Positions 27,178 to 41,455 of a stretch of DNA of 64,000 nucleotides are shown piece after piece (within the stretch, counting starts at the first letter, position 1; each line of letters begins with the position of its first letter). A program made the position numbers and the translations under genes. The notes beneath the pieces are model-generated. The model saw only the letters and a list, made by a program, of their open reading frames with translations, was not told where the DNA came from and made no database searches. The stretch is from the human T2T-CHM13v2.0 reference genome, Homo sapiens: NCBI GenBank assembly GCA_009914755.4, contig CP068257.2:12096001-12160000 (forward strand), in the 5' to 3' direction.

Positions 27178-30100
27178 TAAATAAATAAATATGCCAAACT
27201 CACTCCAATAGCATCCATCATATCATATGTATTATATAAATACATATTTTACCATTATAATTGACAAACCAGCAATTATGAGCTTGATTCTTTGTGGATG
27301 CATTAGGAGAGTGTTTCTTCATAGGATATAATATTTTGTAATTTCTTATTCTTTACTGCTTGCTGCGCTGTAAAACGTTTATAAAATGAGTTCCTTTTGG
27401 GGTGTGAAATGAGCAATCATCAGAGGAAAAGCATTAAGGACAAGAAAGTGGAGTGAGGATCATGAAGCATGTGCATTTCTTTCTCAAGGTCATGGGTAAA
27501 TTTCAGCTCCATGGAAAATCTTGAGAAAGAATCCAGCAAGAATGAGATCATGAAATGTTAGCTTTCCCCAAGTAGAAATTCCATAATTGAACTATAAAAT
27601 TGCTGCTTACAAATTTTTTCTTCTAAATTCCACTTGAAATTAGGGAATTGAAAGGGCCAGGAGGGACCTTGGAATTCATCTAGTCTGAATTCATTATACA
27701 TAGGAAAAGTTAAGCTGAGCCATTCTGCAAGTCACACTAATGTGACATAGAAAATACTAGAACCTAAGGTTCTGAATTACTGTTTCAGGTGTTCATCTGC
27801 TACAACAAACATTTATCAAACACCTAGTAGGTATAAGAGATCATTTAAACCCACCCCAAAGGATACAAAGTTGAGGAAATCACTCTTTGCCTTTGCAGAA
27901 ATCACAATCTATTATCAAAGCATATGATAGAAATTTCAATATCTAAAACACAAGATCCAAAGTGTTGAGTGCCATGAGAATGATATAAGAGTTTAAGAAG
28001 GGAGAGATACAACAAAGTTTGGGCAAGCCAGTATGTTTCTTGAAGGAATAGCACTTAATTTGTGATGTGAAGATAAAATCTCAGTAAAGAAAAATGGGGA
28101 AGAAGATGGTAAGCCTGGCAGAAGGAATATTATTAGCAAGTGCAGGAAAATATACTCTAATCAAAAAGAGCAAGTAGCCTAATGTGACTGGATTTCAATT
28201 TACCTTTACATTTTTCTATCATGTTATTTCATGCCCATAAATTATGGCAATAGTCTAAATGAACTTGAATATCAGACCAAATTGCCTTGTCTTATGTAGT
28301 AACCCACTCAAGTTTCTAAGCAGAAAATAACCTGACCCCCATTCTCTGAGATTTGAGAAAAAATTGTGTATCCTTCATTAAAGTTTGGAATGCATTTTGG
28401 AAGGAAAGAGGAAAACTGAACGAATATGTCCTGACCACGTGTATTACTCATTTGCTCTGAAAGCCATACCCTGCCCCTTTTTCTGCTCAGCTCTGAATGT
28501 TAGTCTGAGACTTAGGTTTAGCTAAGTGAAGGCAGAGGAGCAGGCATCCAAAGGGTGGAAGGGAAGGAGAAGCCAGACTATTTCTTCTCACTCTCTGTAC
28601 TTGAGGTAGCATCTCTTCTCTGGTTTCGGTTCCTGTTGTGCAGTCTTTGCCATGCTTCCAGCCTGGCAGCCTTGGCATTTCCTAAGCAGTTCCTTCTCCA
28701 TGATTCCAGGTCCTACTGAGGCCCCAACTCAGAGAATCCCGTAGTGCCATTGCCTCCCTTTGTGCTCCATTTCTGATATCATAGAGACTTTCTGTTGTTG
28801 CTAACCTCTGGGTGCTTCACATTTCCTTATTAACTTTTTCCACTCTTCCAATATAGGATATTAAAAAGCATATTACTGAAATGTTAAAAAGCATATCTGC
28901 CTTTAGATATAATTAAACAAAGGGCCTCAAACAAAGTCACCATGGACCTGCCTCTTTCTCCCTATTCCTGGACTCTTCTGTGCTCTTTTTGCATTGTCTT
29001 TGCTGTCAGGCTAGTTCTTTCTGCATAATTGGAAAGATGACTGTTGCTTGGCCCAAGTCTACATCCTTATGGCTCATAATCCAAATGAAAAAGAGATTAT
29101 CTATTTTCCAGAAACCCTGTATTAAATCTCAAATTTGAATTTGATTGATTTGCTAGAGGGTAGGGTGATGAAGTTCTCTGGTCCTGGTCATTGGAGAAGG
29201 GTAAATGTTATTTCAGCCTCATTCAAGTTTTATGGAGCGAGGCATAACATTTACTCAAAAGAAGGGATACTGGGCAAACAACAGTCATCTAATACAGACA
29301 GATGCTGAAAATTATCTATTTGCTCCTCCATATCCACTCTTCATCCTTTTCTAACCTGATTTTGTGCAAAGGAAGCTCACCTCCTTGGCCACTCTCTTCC
29401 TTTGTCCTCTGACTTTACATCAAGTGCAGCCAATGGAGCACATTGCCATGGGATTGGAAAGCAAGAGGAAAGAGCCTTAGTGGGGTTTATTCCACCCCCA
29501 CCTGGCCAAGCAGTGATGTGGCAGTGGCGGTGGCAGCATCCCTCACTGAAGCAGCTCTTGCTGGGTAGTATCTCCCATGTGCAGGTTCCCCAGTGCTCTG
29601 ATAAGAGCTCCTACCTCCCCCATCCCTACAGGACTGATGGTAGGAATGGCCTTCACCACCTCTAGTCCTTGGGTGCGTCATTGCTTCTAGTGGGTTCCTT
29701 AGCTTTGTCCATACCCTGAATGAACTCTTGATTAAACCCTCTTCAGTTATCCTTTTTTTAGCATGCCAACTGATCCAGCCAGGACCTGGTACTTATGGGT
29801 TAAATGATTATTGCCACTTTCTAGCTGACAAAGCCAAGCTTAAACATTTTCAGAAACTTACTAGAGACCACACAATGAGGAGGAGGTGGGTTTGGGACTG
29901 AAATTTTTGTTTATTTGCCTTCAAAATCTGGATCTTAAAAGAACAATTTCTCCCCCTTTGACAGACATAAACCCAACGGCATCTGTGCCATTGTCATGTG
30001 CCTTGTCTGTCTACCTTCTACATACATCCGATTATGATGGGCCAGACAGACAGGGATTTTGGCTTCCTTAGCAAAATTGGCTCTTAAGTTAAAAGGAAAA

Positions 30101-31189
30101 ACAAAATAAGATGGAGAATCCCCTCTCCTACATTCACAACTTCATGGCTGATTCCAGTTTGCTTTTTGTTAATATACACATTCCATTTCTTATAGTCTGT
30201 GAGTAAATGGGCCTTTCATAAGCCCATCCAAAGGGTAGCTTACAATTTTCATTCTGTCCCCTCTCCTTGCACTTTTCTTAAAGTGAATGAATTACTAGTT
30301 AATGCCTGAGAGAGTAAAATCCCTGATCCAATTTTTTCACAAAATGTATAGTTTTATGTGGAAGAAAATAGGAGTCTGGAAGATACTCAGCCTCAATGAA
30401 CTTTACTCCTCTGAGGAAGGTTAGCAAGAGGGATAGGAGTCAGGAGAGGCACCCTCATTAGTCACCAGCTCTGATTGTAAACAGTGGGATCATTGCTTTT
30501 AATTCTTTACCATAGAACTTTCTCTGGCACCAGATTCATGTAAGTATAATTCAGAAATGTAAGTGGATAACAGCTTATTGTCCAAGGTTCCCAAGGACCA
30601 AAAAAGAAGGTGCAAAAAATACTTAAAAGTAGCCAAGTAACTCTGACCTGGAGTGCTGAAGTTCATTCCCTTTCTACATCATTTGCATAATATCTCCATA
30701 TCCAAATGGTATCCCAGAATACATGAAGGAATTAGGAAGTCTAAAAAGTTAAATGGAAAATAATAGCATGGGTAAAGTGCAATTAATGCCATAAGCAGGA
30801 AAGGCAAATACACTGATTTAGCTGAGATTTAACACAACTTTGGAATTCAACTTGGCAAAGCAAGAGGGGACATTGGAAAAGCCGTACCTTGCTAAGAGAG
30901 AAAGTAGCTTTCTATTCTGAAGCAGCTATATATGTGCAGTCATAGAAGGCCCAATCCACGAGAGAAATGAGCAGTCTGGTTTATGGGAAGAATCCAATGC
31001 AAGAAGGCATTTACATGTAGCTAAATCACTGATCTTGAGAGGTCAAGGAAGATAGAAACCTTATTTAATGACAAGGTAACAAAAACAGAAATAACACTTT
31101 TTAAATTATTTTTAAAATCTTACTTGTGATGCATACTAATGTCCCAGAGTTGTGTGGGCTTTTCTTCAGAAGTACAGATTCACAAAGGG

Positions 31190-31190
<1 letters not shown>

Positions 31191-31220
<30 letters not shown>

Positions 31221-31514
31221 TTATACTTTAAGTTCTGGGATACATGTGCAGAATGTGCAGGTTTGTTACATAGGTATACAGATGCCATGGTGGTTTGCTG
31301 CACCCGTCAACACATCATCTATGTTAGGTATTTCTCCTAATGCCATCACTCTCCTAGCCCCTCACCCCATAATAGGCCCCACTGTGTGATGTTCCCCTCC
31401 TTCTGTCCATGTGATCTCATTGTTCAGTTCCCACTTGTGAGTGAGAACATGCGATATTTGGTTTTCTGTTCCTGTGTTAGTTTTCTTAGAATGATGGTTT
31501 CCAGCTTCATCCAT
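31191..31514 (-). mobile_element. L1 3'-end fragment (3'UTR and poly-A end), antisense. The (TTTA)n at 31191-31230 is the modified A-tail
   Basis: tattatactttaagttctgggatacatgtgcagaatgtgcaggtttgttacataggtatacagatgccatggtggtttgctgcaccc...cacttgtgagtgagaacatgcgatatttggttttctgttcctgtgttagtt is the reverse complement of the L1 3' terminus (..gcacatgtaccctaaaacttaaagtataataaaa). Confidence 0.85.
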
Positions 31515-32420
31515 GATTATTTTGAGAAAAGTTTAGAGTAAAACAAAGGATAGACCAAGGGCCTCTGTGGTCAGAGTTTGTGCTCTGAAAGGGGGACCCT
31601 CTCTCCATGGTGCTAGGCAGTCACAGTGATACACAGATAAAACAGAAATGATCTCCCTGTTTTCTTCAACAAAGTTCCAATTACTCCCAGCATCTTCACA
31701 ATGGGTGAGAATGAACCTCTGTTGAGTGCAACATGCTCCGTGGTTTGTGTTTCTTTACTTTTTTGTTTTGCTGCAAGGTTGCAGGCTCCTTTGTAGTCTA
31801 CAAACACCTTGAGAGCAGGAATGGCCTTTATTCATCATTGTTCTTATTTCTTAGCTCAAGGCCTGGACACATAGCAGGCATTTAATAAAGTGAGTTCTGT
31901 TAACCTCATCTTTAAATGTTGATGTTGTTTTCTTTTCAGGAGAAAAACTTATTTAGGTCACAGACATACACACATACCACATGCATTCACACTCCAGAAA
32001 AGTAAATCCAACACATACACACACACAAAGAACAACTGATGTAAAAAATAATAATGGTAAATTGAAGGCAATAAAACATTTATTTTTATACTAAAATTAA
32101 AAAATAAGATATGAAGAAAGCTGAGCATAAAAGATTGACATATACAGAAGCTACAATAAAACAGACCCACAAAGCATTATTTCATGTCTTCATGTATTGA
32201 TTTTTTTTCTCTAACATGGGGAATGAGGTAGGTTTTCCATTGCCTCCCACTTTCTGTTGGCTGCTGATGGCTACATTTCCTTTTCTGAGAATCTCACATA
32301 TTGACCATAGATATTGTTGTCACTAAATAAACCACAGGCACCATTAATCAAATAGGAATTAGTGAAAGGGAAAGAGGTATAGTGGGTTGAATAATTTTTC
32401 CCTAAATTTATACGCATCTG

Positions 32421-33506
<1,086 letters not shown>

Positions 33507-34976
33507 AGGTTTTTTGTTTAGCATATTACAGGATATTGACTTGAGTAGGAACTCAGATTTCACAGACAGATAGTTGGATGAGGTCTATGTATTAACACCA
33601 CATTGAATATAAACTCTATAAGTGAGAAGCATTGTTTCCAGGAAGAGCAAATACCACATTCCAACCATATTGATGGTTGTTGAGTCAGGGCCCTCTTATT
33701 CTATGAGATTCCTGTCGAAACTACCTTATCAGCAACTGTCTGGCTGAGAGCAAGAATAATCTTTTGCCTCTTTTATACACAGATTTTATGTAGTTAATTA
33801 AATAAATGTTAATTTAAATTAATAAAAATCATACTAAAGCAATTTCTAAAAATATATTTATCAGCCACTTTTTTTTGTAGGTCTTCAATAGAATAATGAA
33901 ATCCATGAAAAATCCTCGGGTTTTCAGAGTTTCATCTTGATATCTTAGCATTCTGTCAAACTATAGGCTGAGGGAGAAACATTCTGCAGCTTCCCTTAGA
34001 AGACCCACTTTGGATCCACCTTTCCGCAGAGGCATTTTTCAGGATTTCTGTGTCTAGATTTCTCCCTGGGAAAACCAGGGATAAAACCATCAGTCACATC
34101 ACTTGCAGCCCAGGGAATGTTCAGCTGGCACACGTGACTAGATCAGTGGTAGAAGGCATGCAGGACTTAGGATTTCACATTTCTTTACGTTTGACCTTTA
34201 CATTTCTAACAAGAAAGGCATTGTTTATTAATGTCTTCATTTTACACAGGAAAAAAAATGAAGATCAGGATAGTTAAGGCAGTAATTTTCCTATGTTTTT
34301 CACTCTTTTGAGGAACGGGCTGGCCCTGGGAGATGGGATGCAGTGAGAAGGAAGAAAAGGCAGCCTAGCTTTTATCTCATCAAAGTCAAAAGTCTTATGG
34401 ACACACCTTTGCAATACCTCTCCTGGAAGTGACTTAAGTGTTATGTATTTCCACATGCCCTTATTTTAGTAATTTTTCCATGGGAAAACAAACCCATGAC
34501 TCAGTAAAATTTGACAAAGTAAATCACCTAAAATTTCACAACAAAACTCCCCCTAAATGGCGGTGGGAAGCCATAGTTAGAAACAAATTTTGGCCTACTA
34601 TTTTTCAACTAATTTTTAAAATAGTGGTAAAATACACATAACATAAAATTTACCATCTTAACCATTCTTAAGTGTGCAGTTCAATAGCGTTAAGTGAATT
34701 ACATTGTTGTGTAATCAATGTCCAGAGCTTTTCCATCTGTCACAACTGAAACTCTATCCCCATTAAACAACTCCTCATTTTCCCCTCTCCTCAGCTCCTG
34801 GCAACCATAATTCTACTTTCCATTTCTATGCATTTTATTACTTTAGACACTTCATGTAAGTGGACCCATAGTATTTGTCTTTTTGTGGCTTGCTTATTTT
34901 ACTTAGCATGTCTGCAAGATGCCTCCACGTTGTAGTATTGTGTCAGAGTTTCATTCCCTTTTAAGGCTGAATAATA

Positions 34977-34978
<2 letters not shown>

Positions 34979-35008
<30 letters not shown>
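34979..35008. repeat. (TA)15 microsatellite
   Basis: atatatatatatatatatatatatatatat. Confidence 0.9.
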
Positions 35009-35011
<3 letters not shown>

Positions 35012-35186
35012 TTTGTTTCCATTCATCTGTAGATGAACACTTGAGTAGTTTCTAATCTTGACTATTGTAAGTAATGCTGCTATGAACATAGGTGTACACT
35101 CTACCTACTACTTTTAATCACAATTTAAACCCTTCCATTTTGAGAAAAGTTGTAAAATAACAGAATATGTTTTGTTTAGAAAATTA

Positions 35187-35570
<384 letters not shown>

Positions 35571-35676
35571 GGAAGAAGAAAAAGAGAAGGAAGGAAGGAA
35601 GGAAAAAAAGAAAGAAAAAAGAGAAAGAGAAAAGAAAGAAAGGAAGAAAGGAAGGAAGGAAGGAAGAAAGAAAAAA

Positions 35677-35720
<44 letters not shown>

Positions 35721-35741
35721 AAAGAAAAAAAGAAAGAGAGA

Positions 35742-35802
<61 letters not shown>

Positions 35803-35821
35803 GAAAGAAGAAAGAAAGAGA
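35571..35821. repeat. Long compound (GAAA)n/(GGAA)n tetranucleotide microsatellite (~250 bp) derived from the Alu tail
   Basis: ggaagaagaaaaagagaaggaaggaaggaagg...(gaaa)n runs...gaaagaaagagat. This tract generates the Lys/Arg/Glu-rich pseudo-ORFs at 35512-35850 and the F/L/S-rich antisense ORF. Confidence 0.95.
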
Positions 35822-36132
35822 TGAAATTTCAGAGTACGTTGCTACTTTGAATTGAGTTGTGCATTGGGAAGCATCAGTCTCCCAGGGAGGGACAGAGAGC
35901 TGATAAGGTAGCATGCATTCTCCCAAATCTGTCCCACCCAGGGAATAATGTGCTAGATTTTTCTGACATGCTTCTGGAGGGTGAAAATGCTAAAAGTCCC
36001 TCGCAGAATCATTTCCCATTACTAAATTCACCTAGTTTATTACATCTCATGAATGAAATTTTTCAATTAAGTCTTTCCCTTGTTTTTGTTGTGTTGTAAC
36101 TACTTTAGGATGACTGTTCTACTTAGAGATGG

Positions 36133-36510
36133 TATCTTAGTCCATTTAGGCTGTTACAGAAATTTTTGTTACAAAAATACCATAAACTGGGTAGGTTATA
36201 AACAACATAAATTTATTTCTTTCAGTACTAGAGGCTTGGAAAGCTGAGATTAAGTCACTATCAGAATCAGTATCTGGTGAGACCATTTCCTGGTTCACAG
36301 ACAATGGCTGTCTTCTCTCTGTGTCTTCTCCTGCAATTGATTTCTCTTGCAGTGGATCTCTTGCACGTCTTTGATAAGAGCACTAATCTCATTCACCAAT
36401 TCATGAATCACTAATCACTTATGAAAGGCTCCATCTCCTAATGCCATCATATTGGGAATTAGAATTTCAACGTAGGAATTTTGGGGGAATATTAGTCTAT
36501 TGTTCATGGT
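36133..36510. mobile_element. MLT1-family MaLR LTR copy
   Basis: tatcttagtccatttaggctgttacagaaatttttgttacaaaaataccataaactgggtaggttataaacaacataaatttatttctttcagtactagaggcttggaaagctgagattaag...gagcactaatctcattcac..atgaaaggctccatctcctaatgccatcatattgggaattagaatttcaacgtaggaattttggggg. Confidence 0.8.
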
Positions 36511-36728
36511 TTGATGACCTAATTCTCATGGTGGTTTTAACCCATGCTCCCTTTTAATAAACATAAAATGTTGTAAAATTATATACTTTTTCTCATAGAC
36601 AACTCCCCCCCTTCCTCATACTTTATCATCTTTAAAATCGCTGATATACTTAGAAGATGGTTTATTTTCTAGGCATTTCTGCAGACTGATTAGGTAGAGC
36701 TTTTATTTTTCTTTGGCCAAAGATTATA

Positions 36729-36741
<13 letters not shown>

Positions 36742-36759
<18 letters not shown>

Positions 36760-37031
36760 TTTTTTGAGATGGAGTTTCGCTTTTGTTGCCCAGGCTGGAG
36801 TGCAATGGCCCGATTTCAGCTCACTGCAATCCACCTCCCGGGTTCAAGCAATTCTTCTGCCTCAGCCTCCTGAGTAGCTGGGATTACAGGCATGCGCCAC
36901 CATGACCGGCTAATTTTGTGTTTTTAGTAGAGACGGGGTTTCTCCATGTTGGTCAGGCTGACCTCAGGTGATCCGCCTGCCTCGGCCTCCCAAAGTGCTG
37001 GGATTACAGGCGTGAGCCACCGCACCTGGCC
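36742..37031 (-). mobile_element. Alu SINE, antisense, with a 24-nt poly-T
   Basis: (T)24 GAGATGGAGTTTCGCTTTTGTTGCCCAGGCTGGAGTGCAATGGCCCGATTTCAGCTCACTGCAATCC ... GGATTACAGGCGTGAGCCACCGCACCTGGCC. Confidence 0.9.
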
Positions 37032-37269
37032 TTATATTTACTTTCAAGTATATGCATTCTACTTTGATCCTCCTAATTCTGATCCTCTCTCCATTACCTC
37101 CTCCCCAAAAACCTTCTAAGGATCATATCATTTTAATTAGGAAGTTATTTGGCTACATTCAAAATATGATTTTTCTTTATAAATATTGGACTAATAACTC
37201 CAATTTGTGCACACGACATCTGAAGAATGTTACAAATATGTGTGAACTCTGTAAGGCTCCCAGTCCAAC

Positions 37270-37559
37270 TTTTTTTTTGAGATGGAGTTTTGCTCTTGTC
37301 ACCCAAGCTGGAGTGGAATGGTGTGATCTTGGCTCACTGCAACCTCCGCCTCCCAGGTTCAAGTGATTCTCCTACCTCAGTCTCCTGAGTAGCTGGGATT
37401 ACAGGCACTTGCCACCATGCCCAGCTAATTTTTGTATTTTTAGTAGAGACGGTGTTTCACCATGTTGGCCAAGCTTGTCTCAATCTCTTAACCTCATGAT
37501 CTGCCCGCCTTGGTCTCCCAAAGTGCTGGGATTACAGGCGTGAGCCACTGCGCCCAGCC
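37270..37559 (-). mobile_element. Alu SINE, antisense. TSD GTCCAACTTTT at 37263-37273 and 37564-37574
   Basis: TTTTTTTTTGAGATGGAGTTTTGCTCTTGTCACCCAAGCTGGAGTGGAATGGTGTGATCTTGGCTCACTGCAACCTCCGCC ... GGCGTGAGCCACTGCGCCCAGCC. Confidence 0.9.
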
Positions 37560-39059
37560 CCTGTCCAACTTTTATTTCATTTTCATCTTTCCTAATCCAG
37601 CCTTGTGTTGGAAGCTTCTTCAGACTAAACCAAGAAAACCTTAGGTCTTCATGTTCATATGGGGACTTTAATGTTGATATGGTGTTTGTACACTTTAAAA
37701 TATTTCCACATATGTTAACCTTGTGGTGATTCTCTGAGGCATGACAGATACTATTTTCCTTGTTTCATAGAAGACAAAACTTGAATTACAGAGAGGTGAA
37801 GTGACCACCCTGAGGGCTTCCCCAGCTAGCAAGTTCAGGATAGGCTGAGCTGGATTCCAGGTTCTCTGGCTTCCAGTCTGGTACTCTTTCTGCTATTCCA
37901 TGCTGTGTTTTCTGATTGAAAAATCATAAGTCTTTGGTATTTCTCAGCTTGGTCAAATTTGTTTAAAGATCACTTAGCTCACTTTTGTCTGAGTCCATAC
38001 CAACCAAGTGATCCTTTAATCTGTCTTACTGAGTAAATGCACCCTTCCTGAAGTGAGTGAGTGCCCTATGGAGTTAGGTGCTGAGCTGAGCTGCAGTCCT
38101 GGGTTATTTATTGCCAATTTGGCATCACCAACTCTCCCTTCTAAGGGTTCCTCTGTCTTTCAGAAAAGTTGGGAGCTATATTTGCAGAACGCCCTTCCCA
38201 TATGGTTACAGGTTGGTTTACCAAGAAGTCCCTTCCCTTGCTGAAGATTTGGAAGGCTGAAACAAATGACAGGCTAAAGGGGGTTAAAGGCAGAAATGTG
38301 GACAACCATGAGATGCTAAGAGGCTCCACCAGAAAGCCACTCCTTCATCACTGCAGACTGTGATGGTTGAAGAGAAATATCTGGAAGTTCAAGGACAATG
38401 GACAATGAAGAGGAAACTGTTCAGCTGGGAGCTGAGCTGAGGTTGTCCACCGTGGCTTCATTGACCTCAGCTTCCCCTAGTCTTCCAATGGTTGTATAGG
38501 CTTCTTGACATCTGCATTAAACCTTTTTAATTTGGATTATCTAGAGAAACCAGTTTTTCTTGACTAAACCCTGACTGATAGACTCATTCCCATGCTAAGT
38601 GCTAACATTTGGATTATGACTTTTATTCTTATTGCTAAAGTATAATTTCAAACGATATAATTAGGACACTGATGCAAATATAATATGAATATATGGCAAG
38701 GATTTTGTTCAACTCATTAATTAGGTGGGGAAACAATTAGATATTAAGACCAGTTCAAACAATATTTGAGGAGCTAGGTATTTATAGACCATTTAATTTT
38801 AAAATGTTAAGATATTTGGGTTATATATAAAACTTGTTAATATCTTACAGAGCAATGCATAATAACATTTGGGGTTATATTTTCCACCAAATCATGTGCC
38901 TTTCCATGGGACAAAAATCAACATGTTAAAGTAAAACTTCTGGGACCTTCAATAGATATTTTTTAAATTAGCATCATCATCATCATCATTTGCTATACAC
39001 GTGATAGGTTATAGACACTACAGTAACATGTTCTCAAACATGTAATTGTCCTTTCAACA

Positions 39060-39195
39060 ATTCTGTGAGGTGGATTTTGTCATCTCCATTTTAGAGATTT
39101 GGAAACTGAGCCCAGTGACCCCACCTGACCTCCTCAAGGTCATGGACTGAGTTAGAGCTGGGATTTAAATCCAGATTTGTCTCACACTGAGGCCT
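39060..39195. mobile_element. MIR SINE fragment
   Basis: ..ccattttagagatttggaaactgagcccagtgaccccacctgacctcctcaaggtcatggactgagttagagctgggatttaaatccagatttgtctc.. matches the MIR core (ccattttacagatgaggaaactgaggc..cttgcccaaggtcacacagc..gctgggatttgaacccag). Confidence 0.7.
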
Positions 39196-39431
39196 GTGAT
39201 TTCCTCCTAGTTCACTATCACCTAATTAATTCAGATACTCCTGACTCTCTCTGTGTTAATTAATAAAATCAGCTTGGTGAATAACAAGGTTGAAAACTAA
39301 GCAAAGGAACATAACTGAATACAAAATGTTATTACAAAAGATTAACGGCTTTGAAAAGTAAAAGCAGTATGAACTATGCCATGTAAACCTTAGGGGGATA
39401 AGGGCCTTAGATTATTCAAAAGATAAATATA

Positions 39432-39668
39432 TTTGGAAATTTTTTTAAATTTTTTATTTTTTTAATTATACTTTAAGTTCTATGGTACATGTGCACAACA
39501 TGCGGGTTTGTTACATAGGTATACATGTGCCATGTTGGTTTGCTGCACCCATTAACTTGTCATTTACCTTAGGTATTTCTCCTAATGCTATCCCTCCCCG
39601 CTCCCCCGACCCCACAACAGGCCCTATGGTGTGATGTTCCCTGCCCTGTGTCCAAATGTTCTCATTTG
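39432..39668 (-). mobile_element. L1 3'-end fragment, antisense (second copy)
   Basis: ttttttaaattttttatttttttaattatactttaagttctatggtacatgtgcacaacatgcgggtttgttacataggtatacatgtgccatgttggtttgctgcacccattaacttgtcatttaccttaggtatttctcctaatgctatccctcccc...gtgtgatgttccctgccctgtgtccaaatgttctcatttgg. Confidence 0.85.
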
Positions 39669-40090
39669 GAAAAATTTTAACAACTGAGATTAAAAATCCA
39701 AACTTGCCATTTCCACCAGATTACGTTTTCATGGTCTGTGATGTGCCAAGTATAAAGAATAGGAGTAACATAAATGCAGGCCCCAACCAAGCAGAGTCTC
39801 TCAAACTTGAATAGAGCATGGAACCTACTTAGTAGAGGGAGCGAGGGAGACAGAGTTCCCAGACTCTGAGCCTACGCCCTCTCATCCAAAAGTTTAGAGA
39901 GCACAGCTTGCGAGATTCATGGTCAAAATAGGCCTGATCATTTTTGGTGCTAGAATAAGATAAATTGTGTCTTTCAGTTAACATTTTTCTATTTGCAACA
40001 TTCTTACTTCATCCTCAGCCAGTGTAAAAATCAAAGTTTTATTGTAGATTAAAGAAAATAAATGAAAACATGGACAAAAAAGATAAATGA

Positions 40091-40250
40091 ATTAGTATGA
40101 GTTGTGGTTAAGGGCATAGACTCTGGAGTCAGAATGTCTGTGTTCAAATCCTGACTCTACTGTGTCCTGTGAAACTTTGGGTTGGTCACTCAACCTGTCT
40201 GTGCCTCAGTGTTGTAAACGTCCAGTGGGTTTACCTTGGCCACTGCCTAG
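40091..40250. mobile_element. MIR SINE fragment
   Basis: gttgtggttaagggcatagactctggagtcagaatgtctgtgttcaaatcctgactctactgtgtcctgtgaaactttgggttggtcactcaacctgtctgtgcctcagtgttg. Confidence 0.7.
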
Positions 40251-40932
40251 ACAGAGCCAATTAATCAAGATGGGAATTGCAATAGAGAAAGAGTGAATTC
40301 ACACAGAGTCAGCTGTACAGGAGACTGGAGATTCATTATTTCTCAAATCCATCTCCCAGAGCTTTCAGAGTTTTTAAGGATAATTTGGTGCATGGAGGAA
40401 GGCCAGTGAGTCCAGAGTGCTGATTGGTTAGGTCAGAGACAAAATCATAGGGAATTGAAGCTGTCCTCTTTCACTGAGTCCGTTCCTGGGTGGGGGCCAC
40501 AAGATCAGATGAGCCAGTTTATCGATCTGAGTGTTTCAATAAACTGGGTGCCAGCTGATCCATCAAGTGCCGGGTCTGCAAAATACCTCAAGCACTGATC
40601 TTAGGAGCAGTTTAGGGAGGATTAGAATCTTGTAGCCTCTAGCTGCATGACTCCTAAACCACAATTTCTAATTTTGTAGCTAATTTGTTAGTCTTACAAA
40701 GGCAGTCTAGTCCCCAGGCAAGAAGGAGGTTTGTTTTGAGAAAGGGGTGTTAACATCTTCGTTTTACACTATAAAGTAAGTTCCTCCCAAAGTTAGTTCA
40801 CCCTACACCCAGGAATGAACAAGGACAGCTTGGAGGTTAAAAGCAGATGCAGTTGGTTAGGTCAGATCTCTTTCTCAGTTATAAGTTTGCAATAGCTGTT
40901 TCATTGTCTTCATCTATAAAAACAGGACTAAT

Positions 40933-40946
40933 AAGAATTATACCTC
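40933..40946. repeat. Target-site duplication (5' copy) of the SLX9-like retrocopy: AAGAATTATACCTC
   Basis: The same 14-mer recurs at 43476-43489, directly after the poly-A. Confidence 0.8.
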
Positions 40947-41455
40947 CGTTCGTCAACACCAACATCTTTGCCAGGACCAAGATAGACCCCAGCGCCTTGG
41001 TGCAAAAGCTGGAGCTGGACGTAAGGAGCGTCACTTCCATCAGGAGAGGTGCAGAGGCCAAGACCGTTTTGCCCAAGGAGAAAATGAAGCTGAGGCGTGA
41101 GCAATGGTTGCAGAAAATCGAAGCCATAAAACTGGCTGAGCAGAAGCACAGGGAGGAGCGGAGGTAGGGGGCCAGGATGGTGGTGGGGGACCTGCACCCG
41201 CTCAGGGATGCCCTGCCTGAGCTACTGGGGCTTGAGGCTGGCAGCCGGCGCCAGGCCTGCAGCAGGGAGAGCAACAAGCCCTGGCCCTCAGAGCTCAGCC
41301 GGATGAGTGCAGCCCAGAGACAGCAGTTTCTCGAGGAAGAAAGGACCCGGTTTCAGGAGCTGCTGGCCAGTCCGGCCTACAGAGCCAGCCCCCTGTTAGC
41401 CATTGGGCAGACGCTGGCCCGGCAGATGCAGCTGGAAGATGGTGGCCAGCTCTGA
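40947..41455 (+). pseudogene. SLX9: SLX9-like coding remnant: a single reading frame with one in-frame TAG at 41165-41167, native stop TGA at 41453-41455
   Basis: Track ORFs 40847-41167 and 41177-41455 share frame 2 and are separated only by the TAG codon. Confidence 0.6.
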